Numbered from the whole stretch's first letter, positions 14,825 through 26,674 are shown. The stretch: 63,789 nt of DNA, filler included, from Bigelowiella natans CCMP2755 (GCA_000320545.1; 7 parts of 7 records of this genome joined end to end with filler, not necessarily neighbours in it), one strand, 5' to 3'. Program-made: numbers and translations. Notes: generated from the letters alone by a model not told the origin.

Positions 14825-15610
14825 TGCATGATGTCATCGTGTGCATGCATTGCTAGATTGCGCTGCGATGGCTGTGAAAATTGCACGCTTTTGATGTGCA
14901 GTTGGGGCTGGCTAGCTGGGTTTGTTTGAACTTCGCATGGCTGGCCGTGCATCATTGGGCAGCACCACTAGACCATCGCTAGCATCGCATCCGGCAGGAT
15001 GCTGTGGAAGATTTTGGATGAAGTGCAGATACTTCTGGACTTCTGGACTTGTGTGGTTTTGCAATTTGAACGACAAATTTTCAGAGTCATCGACAGCATA
15101 GTCATCATCAATGTCATCATCAATTGCGCACTCAAATTTGCTTTGACGTTCAACGAAGATGCAGCTCGTGCACTTTTGGACTCGCCCCACCTGGCTAGCT
15201 AGCTCCCACTGGCCCATCGCAGCACAGATGCCACTCACAACCTCGCAAATGAGATTGAGATCTTCTTGAGTTTCATGCACAGACAGAGCTAGATCTCACG
15301 CGTCTTTGTGTTTCACACCACTTCCCTTTCCAAGGCCGTTGGGACTCACTTTGGCACTCTCCCAGACCAGCAGACCCAGAGAGTCGATCATCGCACTCTG
15401 GCACTTGGAAGCCTAGAAGCGGTCGGTGCGGGTTCGCAACAACCGCTTTGCATCTCATTTTTTGGTTTAAACTCCAAAGACTTAGCAGACATCATCTGCG
15501 CCTTTCCCCTTGTTTCTTTTCCGCCTAGACTAGGTTTGACTGTTCACAATTGACAGTCCACTGGCTAGCTGAACTGGTGGAACAGGGCGCAGGTGCTCCA
15601 TCGGGTGTTC
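14825..15610. other. TpA-depleted block 1 (degenerate relic)
   Basis: About 15 TpA by hand count, ~13 of them in TAG/CTA (mostly CTAG); rich in CA/TG. Confidence 0.7.
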
Positions 15611-15815
15611 AGGATCTTTAGCGCGACTTCAAAAATTTGCTGTCGCTATCAGATAAAACACTGTACATTGATGGGATCCCGGTTTTCACAGTATTAGCGA
15701 TATTTCTATGTCGCAATATATAAAATGTCCTACATTGTGGGAAATTCAGGTGGCGCACAACTTGAAGTCCATTTCCTTCCACCACCCATCCCAGGTCCAT
15801 CACGAAACGAAGGAC

Positions 15816-17316
15816 ATGCTTCTCAAGGCCACCCCTAAAGAACAACTCAAGGAACAGCGACAATGGAGTCCTTACATTGACAATGGAGGGTAACGTTCAA
15901 TTTTTTTTAGAGGAGAAAAGTAGAGGGGAGGAATATCAAAACTCAAATTAAAATGCGCAACTTCCCGCAGTCTTCCTTTAATATTTTAAAGAAATGGGGA
16001 GTGGCCAAACCATATTTACTCCAATAATAGCATTCATACATAAGCATAATGAAATTGCAGGGATTTCAAAACATATATAGCGAAATCTGTGTCCCTACCT
16101 CCCTCAATAAGTTTCTAGTTGAGTTCCTCCAAATGGAACGTTTATTCATGCTAAAGATCTCTTCTTTCTCCTCTTAGAACGGTTCTTGGTGTTGCACCTC
16201 CCGGTGCAGACTTCGTTGTAGTTGCTGGCGACACTAGGATGAGCTACGGATACTCCATAGCCTCACGGAACGTCACGAAGACCGTCCAATTGTAATTATA
16301 CATATATCTGACCTCCCCCTGACCGTTCTCACCAGGAGCGCAATCAAGATTTTAAAGATTGTTGTGATATCCAACAGGACCGACAAGTGCGTTTTAGCTT
16401 CTGCGGGAATGCAGGCCGAGAGGCACACCCTACACAAAGTCCTGAAAGCGAAGGCCACAATGTAGTGATCCGACCCTCCTCTCTTCCGCATTCAACTAAT
16501 TCTTCGCCTCTCTGGTTAGGTTTGAGAACACCCATCGCAAGCCTATGAGTGCGCCAAGCATGGCACAGTGCCTGTCGAACACGTTGTATTACAAACGGTT
16601 CTTCCCCTACTACACTTTCAATGTGCTCGCCGGTTTAGACGAGAAAGGTCACTTGTGCGGGTGTTTGGCCACTTTCTAACAGCAAGAAACCTGTTTCGTG
16701 AGCATATTGATTCATAATTGTTCCTCAACAAAATCAGGACTTGGAGCTGTATGGGGTTATGATGCGATTGGGTCGTTTGAGCGTGTGCCTTACGTGGTCA
16801 CGGGCTCCGGCTCTGCACTAGCTACCTCCATTCTTGACAACCAGGTCGTGTGATGATAAATTATGCCAAAGACTACTTAAAACAGCGAAACACTAGTAGG
16901 AGTTACTATTAAATTTATTTGTAAAATTATTACTTGCACGATGTTTTAATTGAGTATTGCATGCGCGGCCAGGAGGTTTGCTCATTTGAAATTATCCTGC
17001 GGATGATATTCACTTCCGATGCGTATACAATAAACGTTTGTAAAGACCAAGCATTTTGCTTGCAATCCAGATGTTTCCTGAAATCGTGAAGGTCTCGCCA
17101 TAGAGAATGAGATGTGCGGGTGTGTTTCTGTAGGTTTTGTTCAAGACCCAGCCCAAAAACAAAAGGGAGTTGAAATGTGCCGAGGTAGTCGAGCTTGTGA
17201 AGGATGTCTTCACGTGCATTTCAGAAAGGGATATTTACACCGGCGACTCGGCTGAGATTTATGTCATTACCAAGGACGGGGTCAAGAAGGAGATCTTCGC
17301 TTTGAAGAAAGATTGA
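15816..17316 (+). CDS. PSMB1: 20S proteasome subunit beta type-1 (beta6/PRE7), 6 exons
   Basis: [10 protein letters not shown]|TVLGVA...[12 protein letters not shown]...[20 protein letters not shown]|[16 protein letters not shown]...ERDIYTGD...LKKD*; five GT-AG introns splice in frame. Confidence 0.96.
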
Positions 17317-17976
17317 TGTGGTGCGAGTCTTGTCGTCATTTGTAGACCATTGGCATTCTACGTGTATGCCAATTAATTTTATAGTAATAATATAGTTTTC
17401 TTGGTAATATATGTACTCGAGCTCCATGTGTCGGTGCATGTGGTTTGATCATGTACAATATGTGTATATGTAGAGCTTATGTTCTGCGTTTGTGTGCGTG
17501 CGTGCACGTGCATATGTGTGTGTGGAAAACGCAGAGTGTTCGATCGCATTGCATGCCCCAGCCGCTACCGTATGTTTTCGATATATAGATATACATAATG
17601 TTGGCTGTTACAGCGGTAATGCATAAATTATGAAATGTAAATATAATCTGAATGAATGCATACTAAATTTCTGAACTGCACATTTACAACTTTATTACGT
17701 TTATTGCACCACGCTGTCGATCGCCGGACAACTATCTATAGACAACATGTGCTACATGTATAGCAGGTGCATGTGCTGCACGTACATACAGATATTAAAC
17801 ATCACATTGATCGATTGCTGCTACATATGACTACGCTAGATATACATGTAGCACCACTGCCGCGTTTTGTTTCTTCGCCTGCGCCAGGCTACATAGATAA
17901 ATTTCTGGCGGTCGAGCGCGGTTATAAGCAATAATTCATCGCCAATATTTAGGCATTGCTAGATTGATTGCATTAA

Positions 17977-18615
17977 TCATTCCTTTTCTTTTTTCGTAGC
18001 CTTAATGGATCCTGCTTCGCTCCAAGGAGTTTTGGGTTGATCTTCAGGGCGTTCGTATAGTGAATGCTTCTGTTCCGGCCTATCTTGTAGTTCCTCATAT
18101 CCCCAGTACTCATCGTCGTAGTCCTCGATGAGCTCGCGTCGTGTTTTGAAGAATTTTCGGATCCATTGATCGAACCCACCTTGTAGAACTAATATTCGTA
18201 TTTTCTGTGTCTCATCCGTTTCTAGAACATCGAGCGCCTCAAAAAGTCGACGTGCACATCTCGGGCCTCTTCGCGCGCTCTCCATACAATGAAAGATGAC
18301 GTCGACCGGTTTGTCCCCTGAGTTTTCCTTTCGATCTTGTATGATCTGTTCAGCTTTTTTTAATATAACCTGTACGGATTTTTCATCGAATAGAGAGTCT
18401 TCAAGGTGGAGACTCCCAGTTATCTTACCACCTCTTCCGTCATCGTCTCGAACATCTACGACTACGACATTCTTTAAACCTCGTTTCAACAAATCCTCTT
18501 GAGTTATGTACATATTTCGATCTTGACACCAACGGTACTGGTCTTTAGCTACCTTCGACATCACTTCTCGGATGCGCACAAGACGCTGGCTTGTTAGTTT
18601 TTTTGTTAAATCCAT
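17977..18615 (-). CDS. Rhodanese-fold Cdc25-like phosphatase / ACR2-type arsenate reductase, intronless
   Basis: VVVDVRDDD-GRGGKITGSLH, active-site IFHCMESARRGP (CX5R), ILVLQGGFDQW. Confidence 0.88.
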   Translation of the reverse strand: MDLTKKLTSQRLVRIREVMSKVAKDQYRWCQDRNMYITQEDLLKRGLKNVVVVDVRDDDGRGGKITGSLHLEDSLFDEKSVQVILKKAEQIIQDRKENSGDKPVDVIFHCMESARRGPRCARRLFEALDVLETDETQKIRILVLQGGFDQWIRKFFKTRRELIEDYDDEYWGYEELQDRPEQKHSLYERPEDQPKTPWSEAGSIKATKKEKE

Positions 18616-18836
18616 TTTTTTTCTTTGTCGTACGCACAAGTTTTTCCTTCTTCACTCGAGACGTTCTGACTCCTTCACGATTTGATAAACTTCGCAAGAA
18701 GGTATGATGCCACTCGTGATCTAATTGTTCAAAGTAATCAGTGGCTAAAAGACAAGAACATTGACTCGGAAATTGATGCACAGGATGAACAATGAGGAGA
18801 CTCATTTGTCTCATGTTGACGGGACAGCAGTGCAAA

Positions 18837-18880
<44 letters not shown>

Positions 18881-19417
18881 CGCGCGCGCAGGTACACACA
18901 AAAACACACACATATATACAGTAACACTAACACAAACCAACAGCAACACACACGCCACTACACGTACATTCTTCGTCGTTACAGCCCAGCTCCGTGTGAA
19001 TTGTGATAAAAATATTAGGAAATTCTCTGGAGATTTTGGAAGCTGTAGGAGATTTCATGGGGATTTTTCATTAATTTTGCCTAAGTTTTGAAGTTCAAAG
19101 AAAAAAAAAGGCGACCCGGCCTGGGAAACGAGCTTCCTTCCTTCCTTCCTTCCCCGTCGCATTTCGCACCGAGCTGCAACAGATAGGCGCCCCTGCGGAA
19201 ATGGGGATGTATTTCCTACGACAACGCTATTTCGAATGACGCAACCAAAAATAGGATGTTTGCCGTCGATAATTGTCGGATTATTTTCTTACGAGAATCT
19301 CCTTGTTTCTGCGATGCGGTCTCGTCAATTCGGGTATGGCCGGCGGGGGTCGGGCAGTCTGAACCAGTGCTGAGGATGCTCGCTCTCTTGCTTTGCCCGA
19401 TAGTAGCGCTAGGCACT

Positions 19418-19604
19418 TCCCGCTCGTATTCAACACGAGCACTTCGAAGGCTTCGCTTTTCCCCAGTGACGGTCGGTTGGCATTTTGTCGCTTTTCATCA
19501 TCGGGTTATAATCGATCGTGGCGGGAAACAAACCGTGTTAGTTGCAGTGAAGGCGTGCCACTCCAATGTTCTTACATGTCTCTTCAGATTCGGAAGCATA
19601 GTGT
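19418..19604 (+). repeat. Direct repeat copy 1 (~190 bp), upstream of the DUF1826 gene
   Basis: Aligns with 20994-21192 (shared ATTCAACACGAGCACTTCGA, CAGTGACGGTCG, GGAAACAAACCGTGTT, GTTGCAGTGAAGG, TCTCTTCAGATTCGGAAGC). Confidence 0.93.
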
Positions 19605-19820
19605 TCGAATGCAAGCAAACTCAGCGCACTCATCAAAAACTCAGCCACAGGGACTCAAAGGTAACTGTTGTTTCCCCGTCATGGACGAACGCACTGGTAC
19701 ATCTTGCTTTTGAAAAATGGATGCACGTATATTTCCGTCCTTGGCGCATGCTTGCACATTTCTACAAACACCCCATGTCTTCATGCATTTCCTACGTTTC
19801 AAAGTAGCAAACGCACTATT

Positions 19821-20501
19821 ATGATAATGAAAGGCTATCAGGCTACCGACGTCGGAATGCTCCCAAAGCAAACAATGAGCGCATCGTGGGCGGACCGCAG
19901 CAGAATTTTAACCCCAGACGTCAACCTGTTTTGCTGGCAACGAACCATGGATGAAACTACCCAGAAATATCTTGCGTCAAGAGTGAACGAACACCTTTTC
20001 AACCGATCTCCACCGCCGGTTACCATGGACATTAGCCGCGAGAGTCTTGCTACTGACATAGCCAGTTTGCGAGAGAATTGGGACGGCAGGAGGCGTCGAA
20101 CGGATGCAGACAACTTTTGGCAGGATGTGGAGGAACTGGCGAGCGACTTTATTCAGTTTTCCCCCTCGGGGTCAGGCACCCTCACCCTGCAGGTGGTGCG
20201 AAAAACACTATGCCCGAAGTTCCATATGGATTGGAACTATCTGCGCTTGCTGACCACGTATCACGGAAAGGGCACTGAGTGGCTCCCGGAAGAGACAACA
20301 AATCGTTGCTGCTTGGGGACTATGAACGAGAGGATCGTGAAAGACCGCAGTAAGGTCCGTCGATTGCAAACCTTTGACGTTGGTATTTTCAAAGGCGCGC
20401 ACTCCGAGAACCAAATACCAATAAAGGGCATCGTCCACCGTTCTCCTGAAGTTGAAAAACCGGAAGAAAAAAGGATCATACTACGTATTGATCTCGATTA
20501 G
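19821..20501 (+). CDS. DUF1826 family protein, intronless, bacterial-like
   Basis: VNLFCWQR, CPKFHMDWNYLRLLTTYHGKGTEWL, GIFKG, GIVHRSP, KRIILRID match the DUF1826 pattern (CPxFHxD...RLlxTYxGxGTEW...lvHRSP...RLlLxlD). Confidence 0.9.
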   Translation: MIMKGYQATDVGMLPKQTMSASWADRSRILTPDVNLFCWQRTMDETTQKYLASRVNEHLFNRSPPPVTMDISRESLATDIASLRENWDGRRRRTDADNFWQDVEELASDFIQFSPSGSGTLTLQVVRKTLCPKFHMDWNYLRLLTTYHGKGTEWLPEETTNRCCLGTMNERIVKDRSKVRRLQTFDVGIFKGAHSENQIPIKGIVHRSPEVEKPEEKRIILRIDLD

Positions 20502-20993
20502 GTTTGAATGTCGAAGTGAGAAGATGGTACCTTTTCCTCCAACTAGCCAATCTTGTACAATTCCATTGCTAAGCATGAATCTGGGCGCCGCTAGGCGGGT
20601 TCTCTATGAAATGATTCAGCGACGATTTCAACGGATACTTGCAATGCAGTTCATGATCGCACGTGTGCTTGTTGCTTGTGCACAACTTATGCAGGCACAC
20701 GAAAGCAACTGCGTTGATGCGACTATGAGATCCAGAGATGCTAACTTGCTCATCAGCTGCACTAGCCTACGTCAATTGCTGCAGTAGGTGCAAAAGTCAT
20801 AATAGTCGTATCAGTGAATTCAGACTGCTGTGGGACATATGTTTGCATTGCCTGCGAGCACACATCGCGACAACATTGCAACTGTGGTCAGTGCAGAACA
20901 CTAGAACACCAATGCATGTTAATTGTGCATGCGCATGCATGCACATGTGGCAGGAGCGTGCATGTGTGCTAGTGTGCCCTGTGGGCTCGTGAG

Positions 20994-21192
20994 TCCCGCT
21001 GGCATTCAACACGAGCACTTCGACAGCTTCCCCCCAGTCCAGCAGTGACGGTCGTTGGTGTTTTGTCGCTTTTCACCATCGCGGGTTGTGATAGATCGTG
21101 GCAGGAAACAAACCGTGTTGGTTGCAGTGAAGGAAGGCATGCCACTGCAATGTTCTCACGTGCATCTCTTCAGATTCGGAAGCGCATGGTGT
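20994..21192 (+). repeat. Direct repeat copy 2 (TpA-converted copy)
   Basis: Diverged copy of 19418-19604 with small indels; all six TpA positions of copy 1 read TpG or CpA here. Confidence 0.93.
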
Positions 21193-21311
21193 CATGTTCG
21201 CGCGCGTTGAGTTTTCACAAGAACAAAAACAAAGCGACCCCAACAACACACGGCATCGTGCTCACCCAGCATGGCCCAAGTGCACATCGAGCGCCACAAC
21301 AACATGCAGAG

Positions 21312-23138
21312 TTAGGCGGGGGATGCGAGATCAAGAATCAAGAATTTGTGGCTGAAATAACGTGTGGTGTGAAGAACGTTGCGAGCTTTGGCATGGTTTG
21401 CATTTGCCTTTTCCAGAACGCGAATGCGGGTTCTGAGGGCATCGATTGCTGCCGTGAGTCGCTCAATTTCCAACTTGTTTCGCTGATCCACGGTCTCGAC
21501 GTGGTCAAGGCGTCGTGGCACGAAATTGATCAAGGATTCGTCCTGGCCACGGGTTGGGGGGTGGGAGGGAGTGTCGGCATCGGTGGCTGGCGTGGGTGTG
21601 GTTCTTGCCGGGGCAGTTGCCAGGGTGTTGTGGCTGAGCATCGTGCGCACGACTTTGATGGAGATCTTGGCATTCCACGTTGCAGCGCAGACTCTTCTTG
21701 TTTCTGTCTCCACATGGAGGGATTGGTAGGAATGGCAGGCCTGTCTGATGCAACCTTTGGCAATGGCGCATGGCTGGTCATCGTCTCCGGCGAGTGACGC
21801 CAGGTCGCATGTGTCAAGCTTGAGATCGTCCCATGCTCCGACAGGGAGTTTCTCAGCGAGCAGGATGGCAGCATCGGTGAGCACTTTCCGACGAAGTGGA
21901 GGAACTTTGGGGTGGACCCGGGGAAGGGGTGATTGCTCGGACCACAGGATGGAGCACAGCGATTGGATGGTGGCACCATTCTCGAGGACTCGATCGAAAA
22001 CTGAGCGGCCGTCCGGGCGACAAACAGCAACACGTGACTCGTCACATGGGCTCACTGCCTCGTGTGGGCTTTCAAGACCTTGAAGGGGGAGCCAGTTCAC
22101 ATGGGCGGCTTTCCCTTCAATTTCATCCATTTTGCCGACAATCCACAACGAATCGGACTGAAGCTGCCATTTGATTGCTACAAAGTCGTTTGGGGTGACG
22201 CGTTCCTTCCAATCGGGGACGATTGCAGTGATCACACGTTCCGTCAGTCGGGCGGAGCTGCTCGGGGTGCGATGGGGGGTGCCGTGGAGCTTCCGCACAG
22301 GCTCAGGTGCTACCTCTCTCGACAGAAATGTGGGTTGGGGATCTTTGTGGTCATCGCGAGCAGCAAGTCTCTCGTTGTTTGCATGCTCTGTGGCGAACCC
22401 TGGCTCGAGGGAATTCTCAGCAGCAGAACTTTCTGGGAGCACTGCTGTCCCGGCAAGTCCCTCGCTCTGTGCATTCGGAGAGGGTGGACCCAAGGCGGTC
22501 CGGGCCTCTTGGGTCCTGGGTGTCCTGTGAAGCACGAAGGTTGGATGTGGAGGGGGCTTTGGGGAGAGGATCCTTGGGCTCTGGTGGATGATTCCGATGT
22601 CGACCGAGGCGTGTTTTGCCTAGCGGGGGATTGTTGACTCTGTTCCATCATTCGTCCTCGCATTGAGAACAAAGGGGAGAAGCGATCGGTTGAGAGACGC
22701 ATTGCGAGACAGAAACCACGTCGGTGGCCGAGTCTGATGGCTGGACGGATTCAACCGAGCGGGATTGGCCATTTGCATGCTCCCCAGGGGGTTGGTGATT
22801 CTGTTGGTCCGCTTTGGACTCAGGCGACGAGAGATCACTGTCGACGAGGTCGGAACAGGAGAATTCGGAGGAAACATCGTCATGGGAACTTGATCCCTCA
22901 GATCGGGTTCGCATTGTCATTGATGACTGCCAAGAGCCGGAAGTTGACCGGTCAAGGGGGGGCAACTAAGAGGTTGAACCAAGGTCGACTTGCTTGGCAC
23001 AAAAACTGGAAGGAAAGAGTTGTGACAAGCAGAGAGTGATTGGACAGCAACCTCACGGGAGGGGATGCTCGATGTAGATCTGTGAGCGATGTGCATTTTG
23101 CAAAATTCTAGAAATTGAGAAGGTTTGCGCTGCAACAT
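21312..23138 (-). pseudogene. Hypermutated intronless coding relic (probable mobile-element or viral ORF) in TpA-depleted block 2
   Basis: 407-aa ORF (21312-22535) with only 2 Tyr, plus broken upstream frames; about 10 TpA in 21001-23160. No family recognised. Confidence 0.5.
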
Positions 23139-23681
23139 GCAGCACCCTCACACAAAATTGAGGCAAGTTCGGGGAGAATTGTTTGCACGCTCTCGTCTCT
23201 AGAAACTACTTCTTATTTATTGTCGTTCAACTGAAACATTATGCTAATTGGGAATATTCCCATGACGATGTGGAGGGGTAAAATCTGAATCTTGTCTACC
23301 TGGAGATTCCTTAGATACTATCAGTCTTACATGGGGAACAGCTGCAGCTGCGATTGCTGTGATAGGCTGCATTGGAAGGATGAAGCGAGCATAGGCGCGT
23401 ACGTGTGGAGATGGGGGCATTGTCCCTGCATGGAGCAAGGGTCCCTCGTTGGATGTTGCATGACTCGCTTACGTTGGATACCTCTTATTACATGTAGTAT
23501 TCGAGTAGATTCAAACCCTACCGGAAGGTCAAGCATGCAAGTTTCACCGAAGAGGTGGATCATATGCTCCAAGGTATGGCTTATTTGCAGAATATAGGTC
23601 CTTGGTTGATGTTGTGCTTCTGGACACAAAAAATCGATCCTTCAAATATAAGAACCCAGCAGAACAAATACAGAGAGGGAG

Positions 23682-23718
<37 letters not shown>

Positions 23719-24600
23719 TAATTAGTCAGAGTAATCCACATCTCTCTATAGACTCTCTTAGTGTTGCTGCAGGGATTGTAAGAGGGACAAAACGAATAGT
23801 TTGTTGCGGTTCTTGCTTTCCTAACTGCTGCTGCACATTCCCGGATTACAAAGCCATGGTCGCCAATCTAAATGATAACTGGGCCCCGTCGATCAACGCT
23901 GAATTGAAGCAGCATAGAATTTTTGTTGACGCATTCCACTTTTGGATCTAGTAAGTGAAAAGCACGAGAACTATAAAAACGATTTGATCGATGATTCTTA
24001 TAGATGGTTGTGCCTATATAATTTTTGTTTCTGTTGTTGCTGGTGATGTAGCGTTGCAAATGGTAGTGGAGGCGGGAGTCGACATGACTTTCTCCTCATT
24101 CGAATCAAGCATCTACCAGAGAACAAAAATGAAGGAGTGGAACTACCGGCGAGTAAGAACAATGACATCATTGATAACGAGCCAGTTATGTAATCAAGCT
24201 TGCGATTGCACGTCTCATTGATCGGAAGAAGGTCAATGTGAGGATTTGGAGAAGATGAAGATGATCAAGAACAGAGATGGAACTTTACGCATCACAAGGA
24301 AGAAGCGCAAATTTGATTTCCTAGCAAATGTTTTGAGAACTGTCTTTCGAGATTACAAAAGCAATTCTCGAAGTAAAATTGTTAAATTGAAGAACAAATT
24401 CATGAAAATTTACGAGAAGGTAGTGGAAAACGAACAAGAGAAAAAATACGAAGACCATGATCTTCACTGTGAAAATGGTAAGGAAATGGTCTTTTTCTAC
24501 TCGACAAAAGAAAAAATGACAAGAGAAAAGGCCATGGATGATGGGAGAGTTCATGATTACAGAAAAGAAACTTGATGTTAGACAGATGAAGATTGTGAAC

Positions 24601-25560
24601 AATTCATCTTCATCACGCTTGACATCAACCTTCATGTTTGTTGCATCATGTGATTCAAATGACGCGAAACGCAGCACGTGTGAAACAAACATCCCTCAAA
24701 GAATGCGCATGCATCGCATGCTTGCCATCATGTCTGTGCAACGTGCACAACATGTTTGAATGAGAAGCTTGATCTTTTGTGAAGTGTTTGAAATAGGGCG
24801 CCTTGTCAATGTTGTGTTGTGTTTGCGCATCGCTGCCAGTCACTGCATGCATGGCAAAAGACATGGAAATGACAACTTGTGACATGGAGAAGACACATTT
24901 GGGGCATGTGAGGTGAGCAAGGACTGTTGCTCGCGGTCGAAATCTGGAGCCATGCTCGTGATGGACACAGCAATGTCACATGCACAACGTGCACATGGCA
25001 TTGCATGTCCACAATTGGCTCCATTGCCAACTGACAACCTCGACTTTGACACACCTCTGCTGTAGCTGGTTGCCGAAAAAACATCTTTTTCAAGAAAGTG
25101 GTGTGCGCGTGAGTTCAGCATTGAATTGACTGATTGTGGCACGTCACACGTGCCTGAGTGCAACATTTTGTGATTTGTCATTGTGTCTTCACATGCTAGC
25201 ATGCATTGCACTGCTGGTGCATGCACTCTAGCACTGCTAGGCAAACAGCTCGATCATGCGTGCAGTTGGCATGTGTTCTATAGTGTTTGGTGCATGCCAC
25301 ATTTGGATGGCATGTGGGGTGCACGCAATGCACGTGCGTGTGTGTTGCGCTAGCACGCCTCCATCTAGCCATGCTAGCATGCGTAGTGTCTGCATCGTAG
25401 CGCCACAGATGCTGCTGTGAAAAATGATGTGCACAGGCCCTCATCATTCAATGATGTCACGCTCTGACGACCAATCGCACGCTCATGCCCAATGCGGCTA
25501 TCTGCGAAGAAGAAAGGCAACATTGTCGATCGAATGACATCATCTATGACACTTGCATGG
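24601..25560. other. TpA-depleted block 3
   Basis: 14 TpA in 960 bp by hand count, all in TAG or CTA; only 2 in 24601-25140. Confidence 0.8.
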
Positions 25561-25592
25561 GCGCATCCACAGCACATGAAGTGAGACGAGAC

Positions 25593-26631
25593 TCATTGAT
25601 GGGGCCAACCCAGAAGCCTGCCATGCGCCGGATCATTCCAGCTGTGCGCAGGATTCCTCGCCCTGCGGGCTTGTATCTGCGCGATGACTTTCTGGCAAAA
25701 TTCCGCGCCGTCATTATCCGCACCTATATCCCCTTTAGCTTCTCGGAGGGAAGCACACCCAGCGTGTGCATTGAATAAGAGTAGAGTGTCAACGTAGCTG
25801 TACCCTTCGTTGCCGCTCTCGACGCCATTCTCCTCACTGCGTATGTTTTGAGAAAGAGTTGTTACATCATCATCCTAGCCAATCTAACGAGTAACCTCTT
25901 TGAATGATCAATACTGCTGCGATGCGGAACATACAATAGACACTTGTGCAACCACCACTATCTTAGCATAAATACTGAAGATCTGCCCCTTAAAATATTA
26001 CGTCTACTTCTGTTCATCTTTTTGCCGCCTCCTTACCTCCCCCCCCCCCCCCCCCCGCGAATCTACTACAGCTGCCCTTTAGTCATAATTTGCACGGAAT
26101 AGTACCCTGTATGCGGTTCCAAGGGGCCTGTTCCTGTCCTTATAAGTCCTCCGTAATCAAGCGCATCGAGATAGATCGCCCCAGGCAGAGAGAGCACGGG
26201 AGACGACTCCCTCCCTTCGTGCTCACCCCCGCCTCCCACAAGCGCCGCCCTTTTCGCCATAGCGGCGGTCTCATTGCCGCTAACAGCAAACTCCTCCAGC
26301 ACGGCCTGGAGATAGTAGTTGCGCAGCTGCTCAGCGTCGCCGAGCGTCTCTGGACACCAGTCCGTCATGTTCGGAATGTGGAACAGCGCCGCGCATTTCT
26401 TGCGAATGCTGTCTTTGACCAGGGGGAGGTACCTATTCGAGAGCGGAGGGCAGAAAGAAGGAGCGTTGCGGGTATTAGTTGCTGCGAGATTGTCTCGGAG
26501 TCTGCCCGGTCCGCCGTGTTTCCTTCGGAGAAGAGAAACTGGCCGAATCTACTCTTTTGATACACTCGCACGGTCAAAACCCGCAAGAAGTCAACACACA
26601 CCGGAAACTATACATATGCATATAAATATAC

Positions 26632-26674
<43 letters not shown>

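Noticed and set aside
19418-21192. Direct repeats as LTRs of an element carrying DUF1826
   Set aside because: No TG...CA termini, PBS, PPT or TSD seen; more consistent with a local segmental duplication.
24246-24575. K/E-rich AT-rich 109-aa ORF, possibly viral
   Set aside because: No recognisable motif; cannot support a call.
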